This document shows, piece after piece, positions 45,059-59,225 of a stretch of DNA of 64,000 nucleotides; position 1 is the stretch's first letter; each line of letters opens with the position of its first letter. Source of the DNA: Eledone cirrhosa (taxonomy: Eukaryota); the NCBI GenBank assembly GCA_964016885.1, contig OZ024742.1, forward strand, positions 201,996,001 through 202,060,000, in the 5' to 3' direction. The notes under the pieces were generated by a model. The model did not search any database and was not told where the DNA came from. It saw nothing but the letters and a program-made list of their open reading frames with translations. The position numbers and the translations under genes were made by a program.

Positions 45059-45138
<80 letters not shown>

Positions 45139-45175
45139 TTATATACACACACGTATATATATATATATATGTATG

Positions 45176-45273
<98 letters not shown>

Positions 45274-45299
45274 CATATATGTATATGTATATATACATA

Positions 45300-45364
<65 letters not shown>

Positions 45365-45371
45365 GTATATG

Positions 45372-45471
<100 letters not shown>

Positions 45472-45479
45472 TATGTATA

Positions 45480-45521
<42 letters not shown>

Positions 45522-45857
45522 TATATACGTGCATACATACCCAAAAGTTTATTGTTATTTGGATTTAGAATTTAACCGTCAGCTCTTGCCATTCATTCAT
45601 ACGTCACAAAACAAAAGCAAAGAAGATGGATGCCATGCTACCTAACAAATCATTTAACTTTCTGACAATATACAACAAATAGATTATCACATCATAATTA
45701 GACAAGGCCGTGATTTCCATCAGGTTTTCTAAGTTGAAAGAAACCAACAAGAACAGATTAAGAAAACGACATTATTTCATGCACATGCATTGAATCAAAT
45801 CACAAGCGTTGTAGTGTGCATTTGTGCAATATATTAAAACCAATGAGACAATATGTG

Positions 45858-45899
<42 letters not shown>

Positions 45900-46067
45900 T
45901 ACATGTCTTTATATTTTATTTATATATATATAAACGCAACAGCAGTATATGAACACTTGTATAAATAACAGCCACAAACTAAATTATCATATATATATAT
46001 ATAAGTTGTTGGGATGCTAATATTAACTAATTATTTACTTCTCGCTAATGAGAGATATTAAAATGCC

Positions 46068-46119
<52 letters not shown>

Positions 46120-46693
46120 TATATATATAACGACATCCCTTTAGTTCGCCGTGTCATTAGCTGACCTTATGAATAGAAGCAAAATCTAGGAAAACTTATC
46201 TCTGATTTTGCCTAAAAGAATTATGGATTTTTACTCTCGCCTCGATTCAATATTGTCGTAACCATCAATACTTAAACGATTATAACGATACCTTCAATTT
46301 TCCCATAGGAATTGGTAGATTATTTTTGCTATATTACTCGACTTAGGGCCGGATTTAGATCTTGGGGTCCTCGTGAATTAGAATACACACCAAACCCCAA
46401 TTTTACATATCATAACCAGCTGGCGCTAGTAATTGGAATTGAAAAATGATACATACAGGTATTATATACTTTTTAAAAATCTACCCATCATCATTTTACG
46501 TCCACTTTCCCCACTGGTATGTGTTGGACTGGCCGTCGTAGTCCAAGGCCAGATGTATCGAACCCACCTTTCTCTGACTGAATTACCTTCCTAACAGAAC
46601 CACATTAGAGTGTTTACTGGGTGCATTGTTTTAGCAATACCAGCACAACCACTTTACGCAGCGACACCTAATGCTTTTTATTATTTTGACCTC

Positions 46694-46878
46694 GGGATTG
46701 GCAGATTCCGTTGAGCATCAGACACCTTGCTTTACAGCATAGAGCTATGGCCCTTTATGTTCTGAGTTCAAATCCCGCTGAGGTTAACTTTGCCATTTCT
46801 GCTTACGGGTTCGATAAAATAAAGCACCAGTAATGTATTGGTGTAATTGCTGTCCTTGTGCCAAAAGGAGAAACAATT
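46694..46878 (+). mobile_element. tRNA-derived SINE, diverged copy
   Basis: ttggcagattccg, gagttcaaatcccgc, cgataaaataaagcaccag, ccttgtgccaaaaggagaaacaatt. Confidence 0.75.
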
Positions 46879-47183
46879 GTATTGTCCTCGGGAGGATGAA
46901 ACCCAAATTTGATCTCTGCGAGATTTTGAACACAGAGCAGAAAAATCTATTACTTATCATACTCAAACTAATGAAATAGTGGTTTCTAATTTACATATAA
47001 GGTCAACAATTTCGGAGTAGGGAGACATCAATCACACCGACCTCAGTACATTACTGATTTTTTTTTTTATTGAACACGGAAGAATGGAAGTTAAATTTAA
47101 CTGCGGCGTGATTTGAACGGAGAACCTAATGAACTATCATTCACCAATACAGCAAAGAATTTCTCCGACGTTCCAACGGTTCT

Positions 47184-47374
47184 AATAATTGTTTCTACTT
47201 TAGGTACAAGGCCAGCAATTACCCAGTGCATTACTGGTACTTTATTTTATCGACCCCGTAAGGATGAAAGGCAAAGTCAACCTCGGCGGGATTTGAACTC
47301 AGATCGTGAAGGGACGTAACTATGCTGGAAAGCATGGCGTCCGACCCTCTACCGATACTGCCAATCAACCGTCC
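47184..47374 (-). mobile_element. tRNA-derived SINE with target-site duplication
   Basis: Full copy on minus; TTCTAATAAT at 47180-47189 and 47375-47384; adjoins an older degenerate SINE at about 46975-47183. Confidence 0.88.
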
Positions 47375-47989
47375 TTCTAATAATACAACGTCCATACATG
47401 GAGAGCTAATTTATATAAATGCATTCATTCCACAATATATTTTTGTTGACATGTCTGATTAACAAAATGGTGGTGCTTGTGTTGTTTTATTGTTGTTGTT
47501 AGTGGTGGTGGTGGTCGTCGTGTTGGAGGTGGTGGTGGTCGACGTGGTGGTGGTGATGGTGGTGGTGGCGGTGTTGGTAGGCGTGGCGGGGGGTTGGTGG
47601 GTTGTGGTAATAAGAGTGTTGATGGGGATAGGGGTTGTGAGAAGAAAAAAAGATTTCCGCTATGTTGCTAGATAATGATAATCTTTTCATTATTGGTCAC
47701 ATGGTCCCAAGAATTTGGAGGCAGTAGAAGATTGAAATACAAACAGACAATACAACAATAATAACAATACGAAAAAATATTATAATACTCATAGTAACAT
47801 ATATGCGTATGTGCGTGCTGAGGTACATCCATATACATAAAGGTGTACAAGCGTATTGTGTAATATGTATGACTGTCATTCTACTCTCCTATACATAATC
47901 TTAAAGTTTGCCGAGTTACCTATAAATGGGCCTACTACATTTAGCATTATTGTTTTAGCAGTAATATATATGTATATACACACACACAT

Positions 47990-48062
<73 letters not shown>

Positions 48063-48114
48063 AGTATGTGTGTATACGTACATACATATATGTATACAGA
48101 CGTACAGTAGCATG

Positions 48115-48240
<126 letters not shown>

Positions 48241-48418
48241 CAGGTGCACGTATCAGCTTAGCGGACGCTTATTATAACGCCGCTTTGTTCGTTTGTAAAC
48301 AAACTGAACAGCCTGAATTGTTATGCCGTACGGTGTTAAGGCAACCACGTCACCTTTTTGTTCAAGTAAGTGCCGTACTAAGAGTGAGAAATGAAATTTC
48401 GTTTTCATTTTATTTCAA

Positions 48419-48484
<66 letters not shown>

Positions 48485-49489
48485 TTAATTATTACAGAGT
48501 TTGAAAAATATGGTACCTGGAGGTATCATAACATCAAAACCTGTAAAATTAAAAATTAAAAATTAAAAATAAATTATTGTGAAGCATATGTTGATGGGAT
48601 CCTAAAGGTACCGAAGTACCGTAGTGATACAAGGCGTGTCTGCGGCATTTAAACCTGACAGAGCCCATCAGTCTCCTGGTATGAACATAGCCACTTTCTT
48701 CCAAAACGACCGGGAGAGACAGATAGAGAAAGAGAGAGAGAGAGAGTGAGAGAGAAGGGTAGAGATAGAAAGCGAACGAGCGAGTGAGAGAGAGAGAGAG
48801 AAAGAAATGAGGAGAGTGAGAAAGAAATATAGAGTAAGAATCCACCCAATACCGCACTGGTATTTTATTTATTTCCTTGAAAGGAGGTAAGGCAAAGTTT
48901 ACCTGGGTAAGAATTTAATTCAGGGTGCAGAGTGCCGGAATGAATACCGCGAAATCATCTATCCGCGTTTCTAACGGCTCTTATATTTTGCCACCATGTA
49001 AAGCCTTTTACAGGCGAAAATATATAACAATTATTTATGATTCAATTTTCCTGTCTAAGAAAATGTGACTATCTATGTATGTCTGCGTGTGAGGTGTGAG
49101 TTTAATAGTGAGTGACGTATTATGGCTTTAATAGTGTTTATGATATAATATATATTTGATAAAATGTAACTTAATATTTCTTTAATAGGATGTGACGTAT
49201 TGTCTTAAAAAAGTATTTGCCTAGATTCACATACAGAGCCATAGGTCTCAATGCAGTTACGCTAATGTTTCGCTAATTTCTTTGTTGTTGTGGTTGCTTT
49301 TGTTTTATTTGTATTAGTTTCTATAACTAGCTAAATTTGGCAAACATTACCTATACAATACATTTTCATGTTGCTCAATACGTATCTCATAACATATTCA
49401 TTATTAAAGGAAGTGAATGGATTGCTATTTCTAGCTTGGCTATGCGTCAAATGTGACGTATTATGCCTATGATGCACTATACTACTTAC

Positions 49490-49599
49490 TTATTGTATAG
49501 TACGATGTCTGGTAACCAAAGTTCCACCGAGGGCACGTACAGTCGATTCACACCACCATATTCCTTCGGATTCCATGTTAGTTTGAGGTCCTGCCATTC
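49490..49599 (-). CDS. Nicotinic acetylcholine receptor subunit, internal 110-bp loop-A exon (variant A)
   Basis: TAG|GAATGG...TACAATAA|GTAAGT; translates [36 protein letters not shown](N), the classic invertebrate nAChR alpha loop-A exon; phase 0 to 2. Confidence 0.95.
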
Positions 49600-50052
49600 C
49601 TATAGCAAGGGTTAGAAATTGAATACAACCGCATACAGGTTAGTAGTAGCAGTGCATGCATTCGGCACACAGAGGGCTAAAACTCATGCTTTGACGAAAC
49701 ACTGCAACCAAGAGGCACACACCATCAGCTAAGATATAGGACTACATCAATCTAGTGGGATACAGTTGTGTGTTGATCTAAGGACAGGTTGACACATTAT
49801 GGTGGTGGCAATCTAATTTCAAAACTTATTTTTACTTATTTCTTATTGTTTCCTTCTGTCGTGACCTTTGTGAGCAATAACGAAAAATATTCATTCTAGC
49901 TAAGTGTGTACAAAAAACATATAGCATAACAAAGTTACTAAATATTTGTTTAAATATCTACCTCTTTATGAATCTACCTATATGTTTTGGGGCATGTATG
50001 CATACACATATGTATCTGCGTATTCATGGGTGTGTTTGTGAGTATACACACA

Positions 50053-50198
<146 letters not shown>

Positions 50199-50220
50199 TG
50201 CATATATATATATATATATA

Positions 50221-50429
50221 TGTTTACGAGCTGTTTAAACCCATTAACATACCGGGTGGTTGCCGGCCCACCAAAAATTAGAAATTATTATTGGATACAG
50301 TATATCATCAAATATACTATAAGTACGTTCATATATACATCGCTGTTTCAGAGCACCAATACGAATTTCTAATTTTTGCTGGGTTGGAAACCGCTCTGTA
50401 TGTTAATGGCTTTAAATAACTCGTAAACA
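50221..50429. mobile_element. 209-bp MITE-like element with about 70-bp imperfect TIRs, TA flanks
   Basis: tgtttacgagctgtttaaacccattaacatac...aaaaattagaaatt mirrors aatttctaattttt...gtatgttaatggctttaaataactcgtaaaca. Confidence 0.75.
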
Positions 50430-50657
50430 TAACTGGAATTCTATAAGAATCCACCTTCTATAATTCTCGGCGGAAGCGAAGGGTTATGTAGTCTTCACAA
50501 CCACTTACGAGTGAGAAACGGTACTACCGTCGATTACTCCCCTTTGCTTTTGCCGAGATTAAGTATGTGACATAGTCACTACTTTAAAATTCATAGCGAA
50601 TGGTCTTCAAAATATTTTAAAATAAAGATACAGTATATTATCAAATATACAAGAAGT

Positions 50658-50721
<64 letters not shown>

Positions 50722-50802
50722 TCTCTCCCACACACACATATTTAATATGCACCTTTAATTCGTGACAATTAAAACATTATTACTATTATTATCATTATTA
50801 TT

Positions 50803-50922
50803 GGTCTGAGTTCAAATCCCGCCGAGGTTGACTTTGCCTTTCATCCTTACGGGGTCGATAAAATAAAGTACCAGTAATGCACTGGGTAATTGCTGGCCTT
50901 GTGCCTAAAGTAGAAACAATTA
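50803..50922 (+). mobile_element. 5'-truncated SINE inserted in ATT-rich tract
   Basis: ggtctgagttcaaatcccgccgagg...gtagaaacaatta, near-identical to 3' part of 2107-2295. Confidence 0.85.
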
Positions 50923-51654
50923 TCATTATTATTGGTATTATATTCTAGTAGTTGTTGCCACAACTAATTATTACCGATACTGATGTTGTTATAAGCAGTG
51001 TTTTCTTTATTTCTTTTGGTGATGTTCGATTTCATTTGCTCGATGTTAGCCCCACACTCTGATATTTTTGTCCTTGCATTGATCCCAATGACATGAGCTC
51101 TTGTCGCCATTAAATGAAATTATTATTATGTTTTAGTAATTTCATTTGTTAGTAGGCCCTCACTGAACTTGTGATGTACTCAAAATACTCCACAGATTAT
51201 ATGCAGTATCTGTAGTTAATCAAGTATTTGTATTTTGTACTGAAGGTTATATATTTGTCTGCACCTTTATTAAATTATTCCCAAAGTAAATGTTTTAATA
51301 AAGATTTTTGTTTTGTTTTGCAGTCCCCATATTCAGTTTAACACTATTTCGATATCTTTATGATTGAATTCTTTCTCCACTCCTTTAATACTATATTTTT
51401 ACCCGTACCACCAGATACATTGATTCGGGCTGGGGAAGGGGCACCTTCTTTCCTGATGGATTTTCAGAAAAATATCTGGCCACATGGACATCCTATTTTC
51501 GCCCCTGTGGATAGGTGTATCCAGAGCACATTGGAGTTTCTGATATATTTGCTGGTATATATTGATAAATGCGTGTGGTTAGAGAATTGGATTCGCAGTT
51601 TTGAGTTTGTGAGTTCGATTCTCGGAAAGGGCGATATGTTATGTCCTTGAAGAT

Positions 51655-51843
51655 GGCGGCGAATTGGCAGTATCGGTGGAGGGTCGGACACCATGCTTTC
51701 CAGCATAGTTACGTCCCTTTACGGTCTGAGTTCAAATCCCCTTGAGGTTAACTTTGTCTTTCATCCTTACGGGGTCTATAAAATAAAGTACCAGTAATGT
51801 ACTGGATAATTGTTAGCATTGTGCCAAAAGTAGAAACAATTAT
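51655..51843 (+). mobile_element. tRNA-derived SINE
   Basis: A box TGGCAGTATCGG, B box GAGTTCAAATCC, same core and tail. Confidence 0.87.
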
Positions 51844-54099
51844 TTCATGTTTCTCCTTCTGCCTGGATTAGCAATTGGAAAGACCGAGATGGAAACATTG
51901 TTTCCTCGGTCCGATTTGACGAGCTCCACCCCACTCGTTGAAAGAGAGAGGTCTGGGATCTTGTCGATCGATTGTTATATTCATACCATCTCTGTTCTAT
52001 CCGTATTTAATTATATTTTCATAATTACCAGTATATGAAAGCTGAGACTCTCTCATTTTAGATTTATTATTTCTTGATTAAAACATACAGACAATATACG
52101 CCATGGATTTCAAACTCCGCATATTCTGCAGGTATTTAATGTATTCCGATTTGTTTCATAGTATTTTGTGCTTTCTGTTGAAACTTATATTCAAAAATAA
52201 TTCCATAAAAATCTGTGTAGTAGACTGTCGTGGGGCTGTACCTGTAATTCAATGGGCCAGCGTTGTCACAAACACTGCTCTGTTGAATCGCCTTGAGATT
52301 TGGCTTTAGGTGTATAATCATATGCTTTTCTCTTGACTAAACTACTGGAGGACACATCGTCGAATCCAGCGGAGTTACATGTGTCGTTATCTACATCTAA
52401 TTATAATTTATGATGACACATCCTCTATGAGACATTGTACATTTAACAACGTTACACTCCGTCGAATATCAAGAGCTTTTTTAACATTTTATGTCAATTC
52501 TTCAGTTTTTCCGCGTTTTATTTGATATATGAATTTGTCTGTTATTGTTTTCCGACATCAGGTCAAATCTAATCTAACAGACCTGATGAAAACCATTCTA
52601 ACCGTCACAAATCTAACTTTTCAGACATTATGTATTTCAAAATATATTATCCAATAATTAATTCAATGTCAACATCTTTAATATGAACAATATGGCTGAA
52701 AGAAAACTATCTCGGGAGAGCCTTATGCACACAAAATACAATATTCAATGTTACTGAGTTTCAGAAACCTAATTAGAAATAACAATGTGGATGGTAAAAA
52801 GACAGAAGAACGCATATTGATTTAAGCACGTCGGCACGTACGGTGAATTGGAAGAGAGAGTCATTAGAATGTAGGATAAAATGCCTTGCGGTATTCGTTT
52901 CAGCTTCCCCCTAAAAAACACACACACACCACCTTGGAAACCTCACTCTGTTAAAAACATTAAATCCTTTTTCCAATCTGCTTCGCGGCCCCGATATGGT
53001 TCATTGCACCGTCTTTCTCTTTAGGGTTATAGAGTTGATAAAATACAGTAGAGTGTCCGGATACGTTTTAGTCTTGTTACAAATTGTGTGAAGATTTGAA
53101 CGATTTTGGACTGTGATATCTAGTTGGTTAAGCTACACAATAAAGAAATGCCTTATTGAGATTATTTCATTTCGCACTAGTATCTGATGTGATCTTTAGT
53201 GTTTTTTTCCTAGAACTGCAGCTCCCCTCCACCAACATCAACGAAGTTTATGCTCCTGAGATATGAGCCCCACAAGTTAGAATAGATGATGCAGCAAATA
53301 TTGTTGGCTGCTCTTCACAGTATTGTAGGCTGTCATGTTGTTCTATGTGGGATGTAACTAAGGTATGTTTTTAAACAAAATGTGTATAGTTTTCGTTTAT
53401 TTTTCTGTTTTCCTTTTATTACTTTTGTTCCAAGATTAAATGGTGTGGTGAAACATATATATATTGTCGTTATTTCTTTCATTCTCATATTCACAATATG
53501 GTGATGAAAATATTGATAAACATTTGCTCTCGGCCATTTAACATAGCCAATCCAGAAAGAGGAAGGGGGAGAGAGAGAAAGAAAAAAAGAGGAAGGGAGA
53601 GTGAGAGAAAGAGAGGGGGGGGGGGAGAAATCGTACCTAGTTCTTAACTGGTACCTCATTTATAACACCAAATCAATGAAAAGTAAATTTGGGTTCAGTA
53701 GGATTTGAAATCGGAGCGCAGTGAGCTAGAATGTATACCACATTCTATACGACGCTCTTCCGGCTCATCAATTCACCGCCGTATATATCGGATATTTCCT
53801 TGTTATGGTTCCAAAATATTTCCCCAACTTCCGTATCAAATTCTTACTCTATGTATATTTTATATTCCAGTTTCATAGTCTCAATGTCTGATCAGCATTG
53901 TTTTAATAAACCCACGTCTCGTCTTTCTATTTCTAGCTTCTTTCTTCAGCAACATTCACATGTTGATAGACGTCTCTCTTCTCACCCATAAATACAGTCT
54001 ATTGTCTATACTTCTATATCCGCTCTACATATCAATTTATTTTTATAGTGTTTACCTTGATGCATTCATTTTATATTGTCTACAGTATATCCATCCGTG

Positions 54100-54168
<69 letters not shown>

Positions 54169-56787
54169 GTTAGCTGGGCCCGCGTGACAGAGGCCAACAG
54201 TGGAACTAAATCCACCATCCGGTCTTTGCGAGACCTGGATGGACGGGCGATTCTTGAGCCTAAGCAGATGTGTGAGGCCTTTCAAAGGCACTTTGCCCGA
54301 CTGTTCGGGAGGGGCGGGGAGCCGGTTGGGAACGTGGACTTCGGTCCATACCTCGACGGCCTGCCGCGCCTCTCGGACAGGGAGGCGAAGTCCTGCGAGG
54401 AGCCGATTTCGGCCGCTGAGATAGAGGACGTGCTGAGCCAATGCGGCAAACGCAAATCCCCGGGTCTCGATGGTCTTCCTTAAGAATTATATCTAGCTAT
54501 GCCGGACTTGTTCCCCGATCTCCTCGAGGCGGTCTACTGCAACTGGCAACAGAACGGGAGAATTCCCTGTACTGTGACCAAGGGCGTAGTCACGCTAGTG
54601 AGGAAGGACGAGAACAAGGGGGACGAAATAAGTAACTTCAGGCCCATAACTCTGCTAAATACAGAGTTACAGATTTTGGCCAAGGTGCTAGCAAAGAGGT
54701 TGGCGCTTGTCGTGGGCAACCTGGTGGGAGATGCGCAGACATGCGCTATCCCGTCCAGGTCCATCCATGACAACCTCCACCTCATGCGATACATCATAGA
54801 GAGGGTTGGGAACGAACCCGGCTTTGGTGGGTCTCTGATCAACTTGGATCAATCTAAGGCGTTCGATAGGGTCGACCATGGTTACCTGGATGCGGTGCTA
54901 GCGGCGGCAGGCTTCGGACCCGTTTTCAGGGGCTGGATCACTACTATGCACAGCAGCCGCATCTGCTCTAGGGTCAAGGTGAACGGCTACCTCTCGGAGC
55001 CGTTCAAAATCGCGCGGTCCATCCGACAAGGGTGCCCTCTCTCCTCCCTTCTGTATGTGTTGACTCTCGAGCCACTACTGCGGAAGTTGGAGTTGTTTCA
55101 GGGCATCCCTTTGGAACCGGGATTGCGGAAAGCGGTGTCGGCCTACGCCGATGACGTGACAGTAATGGTGTCGACGGCCTCCGAAATCGAGGCGGTCGGC
55201 ACCTTACTGGAGGAGTACGAAAGGTTCACAGGGGCTAAGCTGAACCGGGACAAGTCGATCGGTTTGCAACTCGGCACGTGGAGGGGCAGACCGATACCCT
55301 CCGATGGCGTCGTCGGACGCTAGACGGAGGGCCCGGTGAAGTTGCTCGGGGTCTGGTTCGGACCGGACCTCCAGGTGGAGAAAAACTGGGTGGAGGTTAC
55401 GAACAGGGTGTTTGCACTGACCCAGAAGTGGGCCAGTTGCAAACTATCCCTGAAAGGTCGGGCGGAGGTGGCGAACACCTACATAGCGTCCGTCATCTAC
55501 TACCGCCTGACCGTAGTGCCCTGCCCAAGGGAAACCCTCACCAAGATGGAGCGCGCACTCTTCCAATTCCTTTGGAAGAGGCGGGCTCCTATGGTAAGGA
55601 GATCCATCTGTTGTCAACACCCTTCGAAAGGAGGGCTGGGGATGCCGTGGCTAATGATGCGTAAACACGCATTAAGGCACCTCTACGTATTCCTCACCGG
55701 TCAACCGGTGTGGGCCTCGTTTGTGAGACGAACCTTTCCCAGACTCGTCTCACTCACCGAGCTGCAATCCTGGGTCAAGCAAAGACCGAGAAAACTGGGC
55801 ACCTGGCACACTGAGTGTGCCCAGGCGCTCACCGCCCTCTGGCAGGCGGATCCGGTTATCAGTGGAGACTCCACCGCAACATTCTATAGAGGGCTGGTAC
55901 GCAGCAGGTGCGACGACGCCCTCGGAGAAGCCCTAGACATGGAGGAGGACGAACTGGCCAGCCTGTTCGGTAGGACATTCAGCCCGGGACCTATGGACAA
56001 CTTCCAGAAGTCCCTGGCCTGGCAGTGCTACCGAGGGGCTTTACCCGTTCGAGAAAGGCTCTACAGACACGGGCGCCCGGGTAGGGACCCCGCCAAAAAG
56101 ATCTGTCCCAGATGCGTGTGCGACGAGGAAACCGTTGCACACGCATTGGTACACTGCTCGGGCGTAGCCGATCTATGGGGCTATGTCGAACAACTGCTGT
56201 CAAGGGTGGGGCCGATCCGGTTGACCACCGAGTCTATTGTAATGATCAAGCCGCCTTCCCCCTTCAAAGATGAAGCAGAGGCGGTGTTTCTGTGCGTAAT
56301 AGCCATGGCGAAAGAGGTTGTATGGTGGACGCGTCTGAAAGGACTGAGGTCAGGCACCTTTCTCTCTGGCCAACAACTGGTCCGTTTCTTCCGATATCAT
56401 TTCGGAAGAAGGATCAGGATGGAGAGAGAGGTGCTCCACCCAGTCGTTTTTATGAAAGGTGGGTGAAAGTGGTGAGAATGGCCCGTGTGAATGGGCCTTC
56501 TCTTTACATAAGCCTGTAGGTGGAGAAGAGGAAGGAACGAGGGAGCACCCCCTCTCTGTGCTCCTGAGGAAAAGGGTTGCAGACTTTTTTCGGGGGTGTG
56601 TGCGACCCCCCAATGCGCCTCCTCTCTATTGAGGATTTTGTTACAAATTTTATTTTTTGTTATATTTTATTTTATTTTATTTTTATATTTTGTTATTGCC
56701 TCCTCCTTATTGAGGACGCCTTTTTGTGTAAACTCCCCCCTTTGTACTTGTCCCACTTGTGATGCCCTGGTGGCAAATAAAAGAAAC
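54169..56787 (+). mobile_element. 5'-truncated Tx1/L1-clade LINE (RT to 3' end), with stops, in (TATC)n
   Basis: KSPGLDGLP, NFRPITLLN, LDQSKAFDRVDH, RQGCPLS, AYADDV, CPRC..ETVAHALVHC; stops at 54481 and 55321; ends ctggtggcaaataaaagaaa; TATC on both sides. Confidence 0.93.
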
Positions 56788-56814
56788 ATATCTATCTATC
56801 TATCTATCTATATA

Positions 56815-56859
56815 TACCTGTCCCACTCTTTGACGCCCTGGTGGCAAATAAAAAGAAAG
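56815..56859 (+). mobile_element. 45-bp 3'-terminal stub of the Tx1-like LINE
   Basis: tacctgtcccactctttgacgccctggtggcaaataaaaagaaag matches 56745-56787; TATC on both sides. Confidence 0.8.
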
Positions 56860-56880
56860 TTATCTATCTATCTATCTATC

Positions 56881-59157
56881 TGGGAGGAACACATGTGCTG
56901 AGCTCGCTCGGTAAGTTTCGTTTAAATTTATCTGGAATTTGTGAACTGTAAACTTTCATTTTTGTACCATTTTGTAGAGGGACTGCCAGGTCAAATTTTG
57001 ATCTGGTCAGTCTCTCAAAATATTCTACGCCTTTAAGCGAAATAGTGTTGTAAAAAATGTTATCTTTCGAAAAATTTCGAAAAATCCTACTTTGATATAA
57101 ATGGCTGAAGCATCTTCACCAACATTCAAAGGAGGAAAGGGGAAGTTAAACTCACAGCAGCAGATGCCAAAGGCAGAGGTCAGCCAGAGGAAGAATTTTC
57201 TCCATCTGCTGACCGACAACTTGATATAGCCTCAACTATACAAGAAACTGAAAACAACAACAACAACGACAACAACAGCAACTATAAAGACAACAAAAAG
57301 AACAACAACACCAACAACATTGATAACAACAACACCACCAACAACAACAGCAACACGAACAAGGAAAAGTCTCCTTCGCCCAGACTGCAAGGAAAACCCT
57401 CGAGTACCTGCGAGTAGATATAAGCATTGCTAAGGAGCTACTGGCAGATGCCAAAAAATACGTAGTGTACGGGGAAAATGGATCATTTTCGATCCCCCCC
57501 CCCCCCGAACTAAAAAGTCAGAGACTCCTAAACACTGTCATGTTTAGGAGAGTCCCAAACAAAACCAACAAACCAGCTCAACCATCACAGAGTGAGATAG
57601 AGCTGGTTTTAAAAGATGTCATGAAAGACATCATATTCATTCAGAAGGATAGACTCTACGGGAGTCTATCCATTCTCATGAAGGACAGGGACACGGCAGC
57701 GAAACTGTCAATAAAACCGATCACATCCACCGCATACACCTTCTACCCTACGTACATGGGTAGAAGGACACACAAAATAAAAATTCACACCATCCTTCCG
57801 ATTATGGACATATGGTGTGTATTGACAGGTTTCCTGGACCTAGACGACGACACATTAATATCCATGGGAAAGGCATCGGGTGACGCGTTCAGTGGAACGG
57901 GCCTCGAACTTTTAGTTCAAATGAGGCCCGATAGGATCGCCCATATCCCTGAACGCGTCATACTGGATGACCAAACTTTTAATAACATTACCGTTGAGGG
58001 TAGGCGGCCCTCGTGTAACCTCTGTGAAGCCAGAGGTCACGTGAGGGCTGCCTGTGCTCAACTTAAAAAGAAAACCCCAATCCTGCCTACACCACCAACA
58101 ACAGCACAGCCAACACAATCACCACAACCACCACTACAAAAACAACAACCACAGCTCAAACCAAAATAAACGATTTCCAAAACACCTGCTCCGCAAACAC
58201 AACCCGAACATTTACCTTCCTCTCAAACACGGAAGATGACCCTCGTTCGTCGTCAGACGAGGAGGAGCACTTCCACACAATCAAAAGAAAAAAAAGAAAA
58301 CACACCTCAGACACACAAATGAAAACAACCCCTCCCCAAAACATAACACAGACACCAACACAAAAGAGCACACAACAACAGCAAAGAAAAAACACCACAC
58401 AAAAACAAAAACATGCATACACATACATAAACACAAGAAATAAAAAAAACTGCTAAACATTGTATACAACAATTTAGTGAAAACCCAAGGGCCTAACTTC
58501 ACCCAGGCAGAGGATTACCCCCCCCCCCCAATGATTAAGGTCCCAGAGGACACATATAAAACGCTAAAAAACAACTTTAAAGAGGACGTGACACCCTGCG
58601 TCGGGCCTGTTAACCGCGTCCTCCTAAATAATTTCCCCACCCCCTCCCAAACACCCACACAACTCCAAACACCCCAACCACACATCACACTGATGCCCCT
58701 ACACTTCCACAAACCACCACCCCACCAAACAACCCATCCCCAACCCTCATGGAAATTGTGCAACCCGATACCCGGGATGCAGAGAGGTAAGTGCCTTTTC
58801 TCTTCACCACCAACATGGTTATGCTGAGAGTAGGTTGTCTAAATGCGCGTGGCCTGGGCTCAACTTGGAAGCAAGCAAAGCTTCTAAATGACCTCAAGTA
58901 ACAACGTATAGATGTGATGGTTATTTGCCAGGCCCGGATCAGCAACGTGCGACAGCTGGCCCCCACCTTTGATGACTTTGAGATGCACGCATCTCTCTGT
59001 CAGTCCGGTGGTGGGGTGGGGTTGTCGTTCTGCTGCAAAAAACATCTGGGTCTCGCAACACAGACGGTACATTTGGACCCGGAGGGTCGACTAGTGGTTC
59101 TGAACCTTGGCAGTGGTGAAGGCGGAGCGTTTAGGCTGGTAGCAAATAAAAAGAAAG
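56881..59157 (+). mobile_element. Tx1-like LINE 5' half (5' UTR, disrupted ORF1, start of APE endonuclease) joined directly to a 3' terminus
   Basis: Starts right after (TATC)n; ORF1 from ATG 57101 with frameshifts; ORF2 start MLRVGCLNARGL at 58821; ends ctggtagcaaataaaaagaaag followed by TATC-like repeats. Confidence 0.8.
57465..58169 (+). pseudogene. LINE ORF1 (gag-like) fragment with zinc knuckle
   Basis: VEGRRPSCNLCEARGHVRAAC = CX2CX4HX4C; lies upstream of APE-RT ORF2. Confidence 0.8.
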
Positions 59158-59187
59158 TTATCTATTTATCTAAAGAAATTGATCTAT

Positions 59188-59223
<36 letters not shown>

Positions 59224-59225
<2 letters not shown>

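Noticed and set aside
53214-53362. Plus-strand exon-like segment (ttttcctag...aag|gtatgt)
   Set aside because: Stops in all three frames and no partner exon; cannot be supported without transcripts
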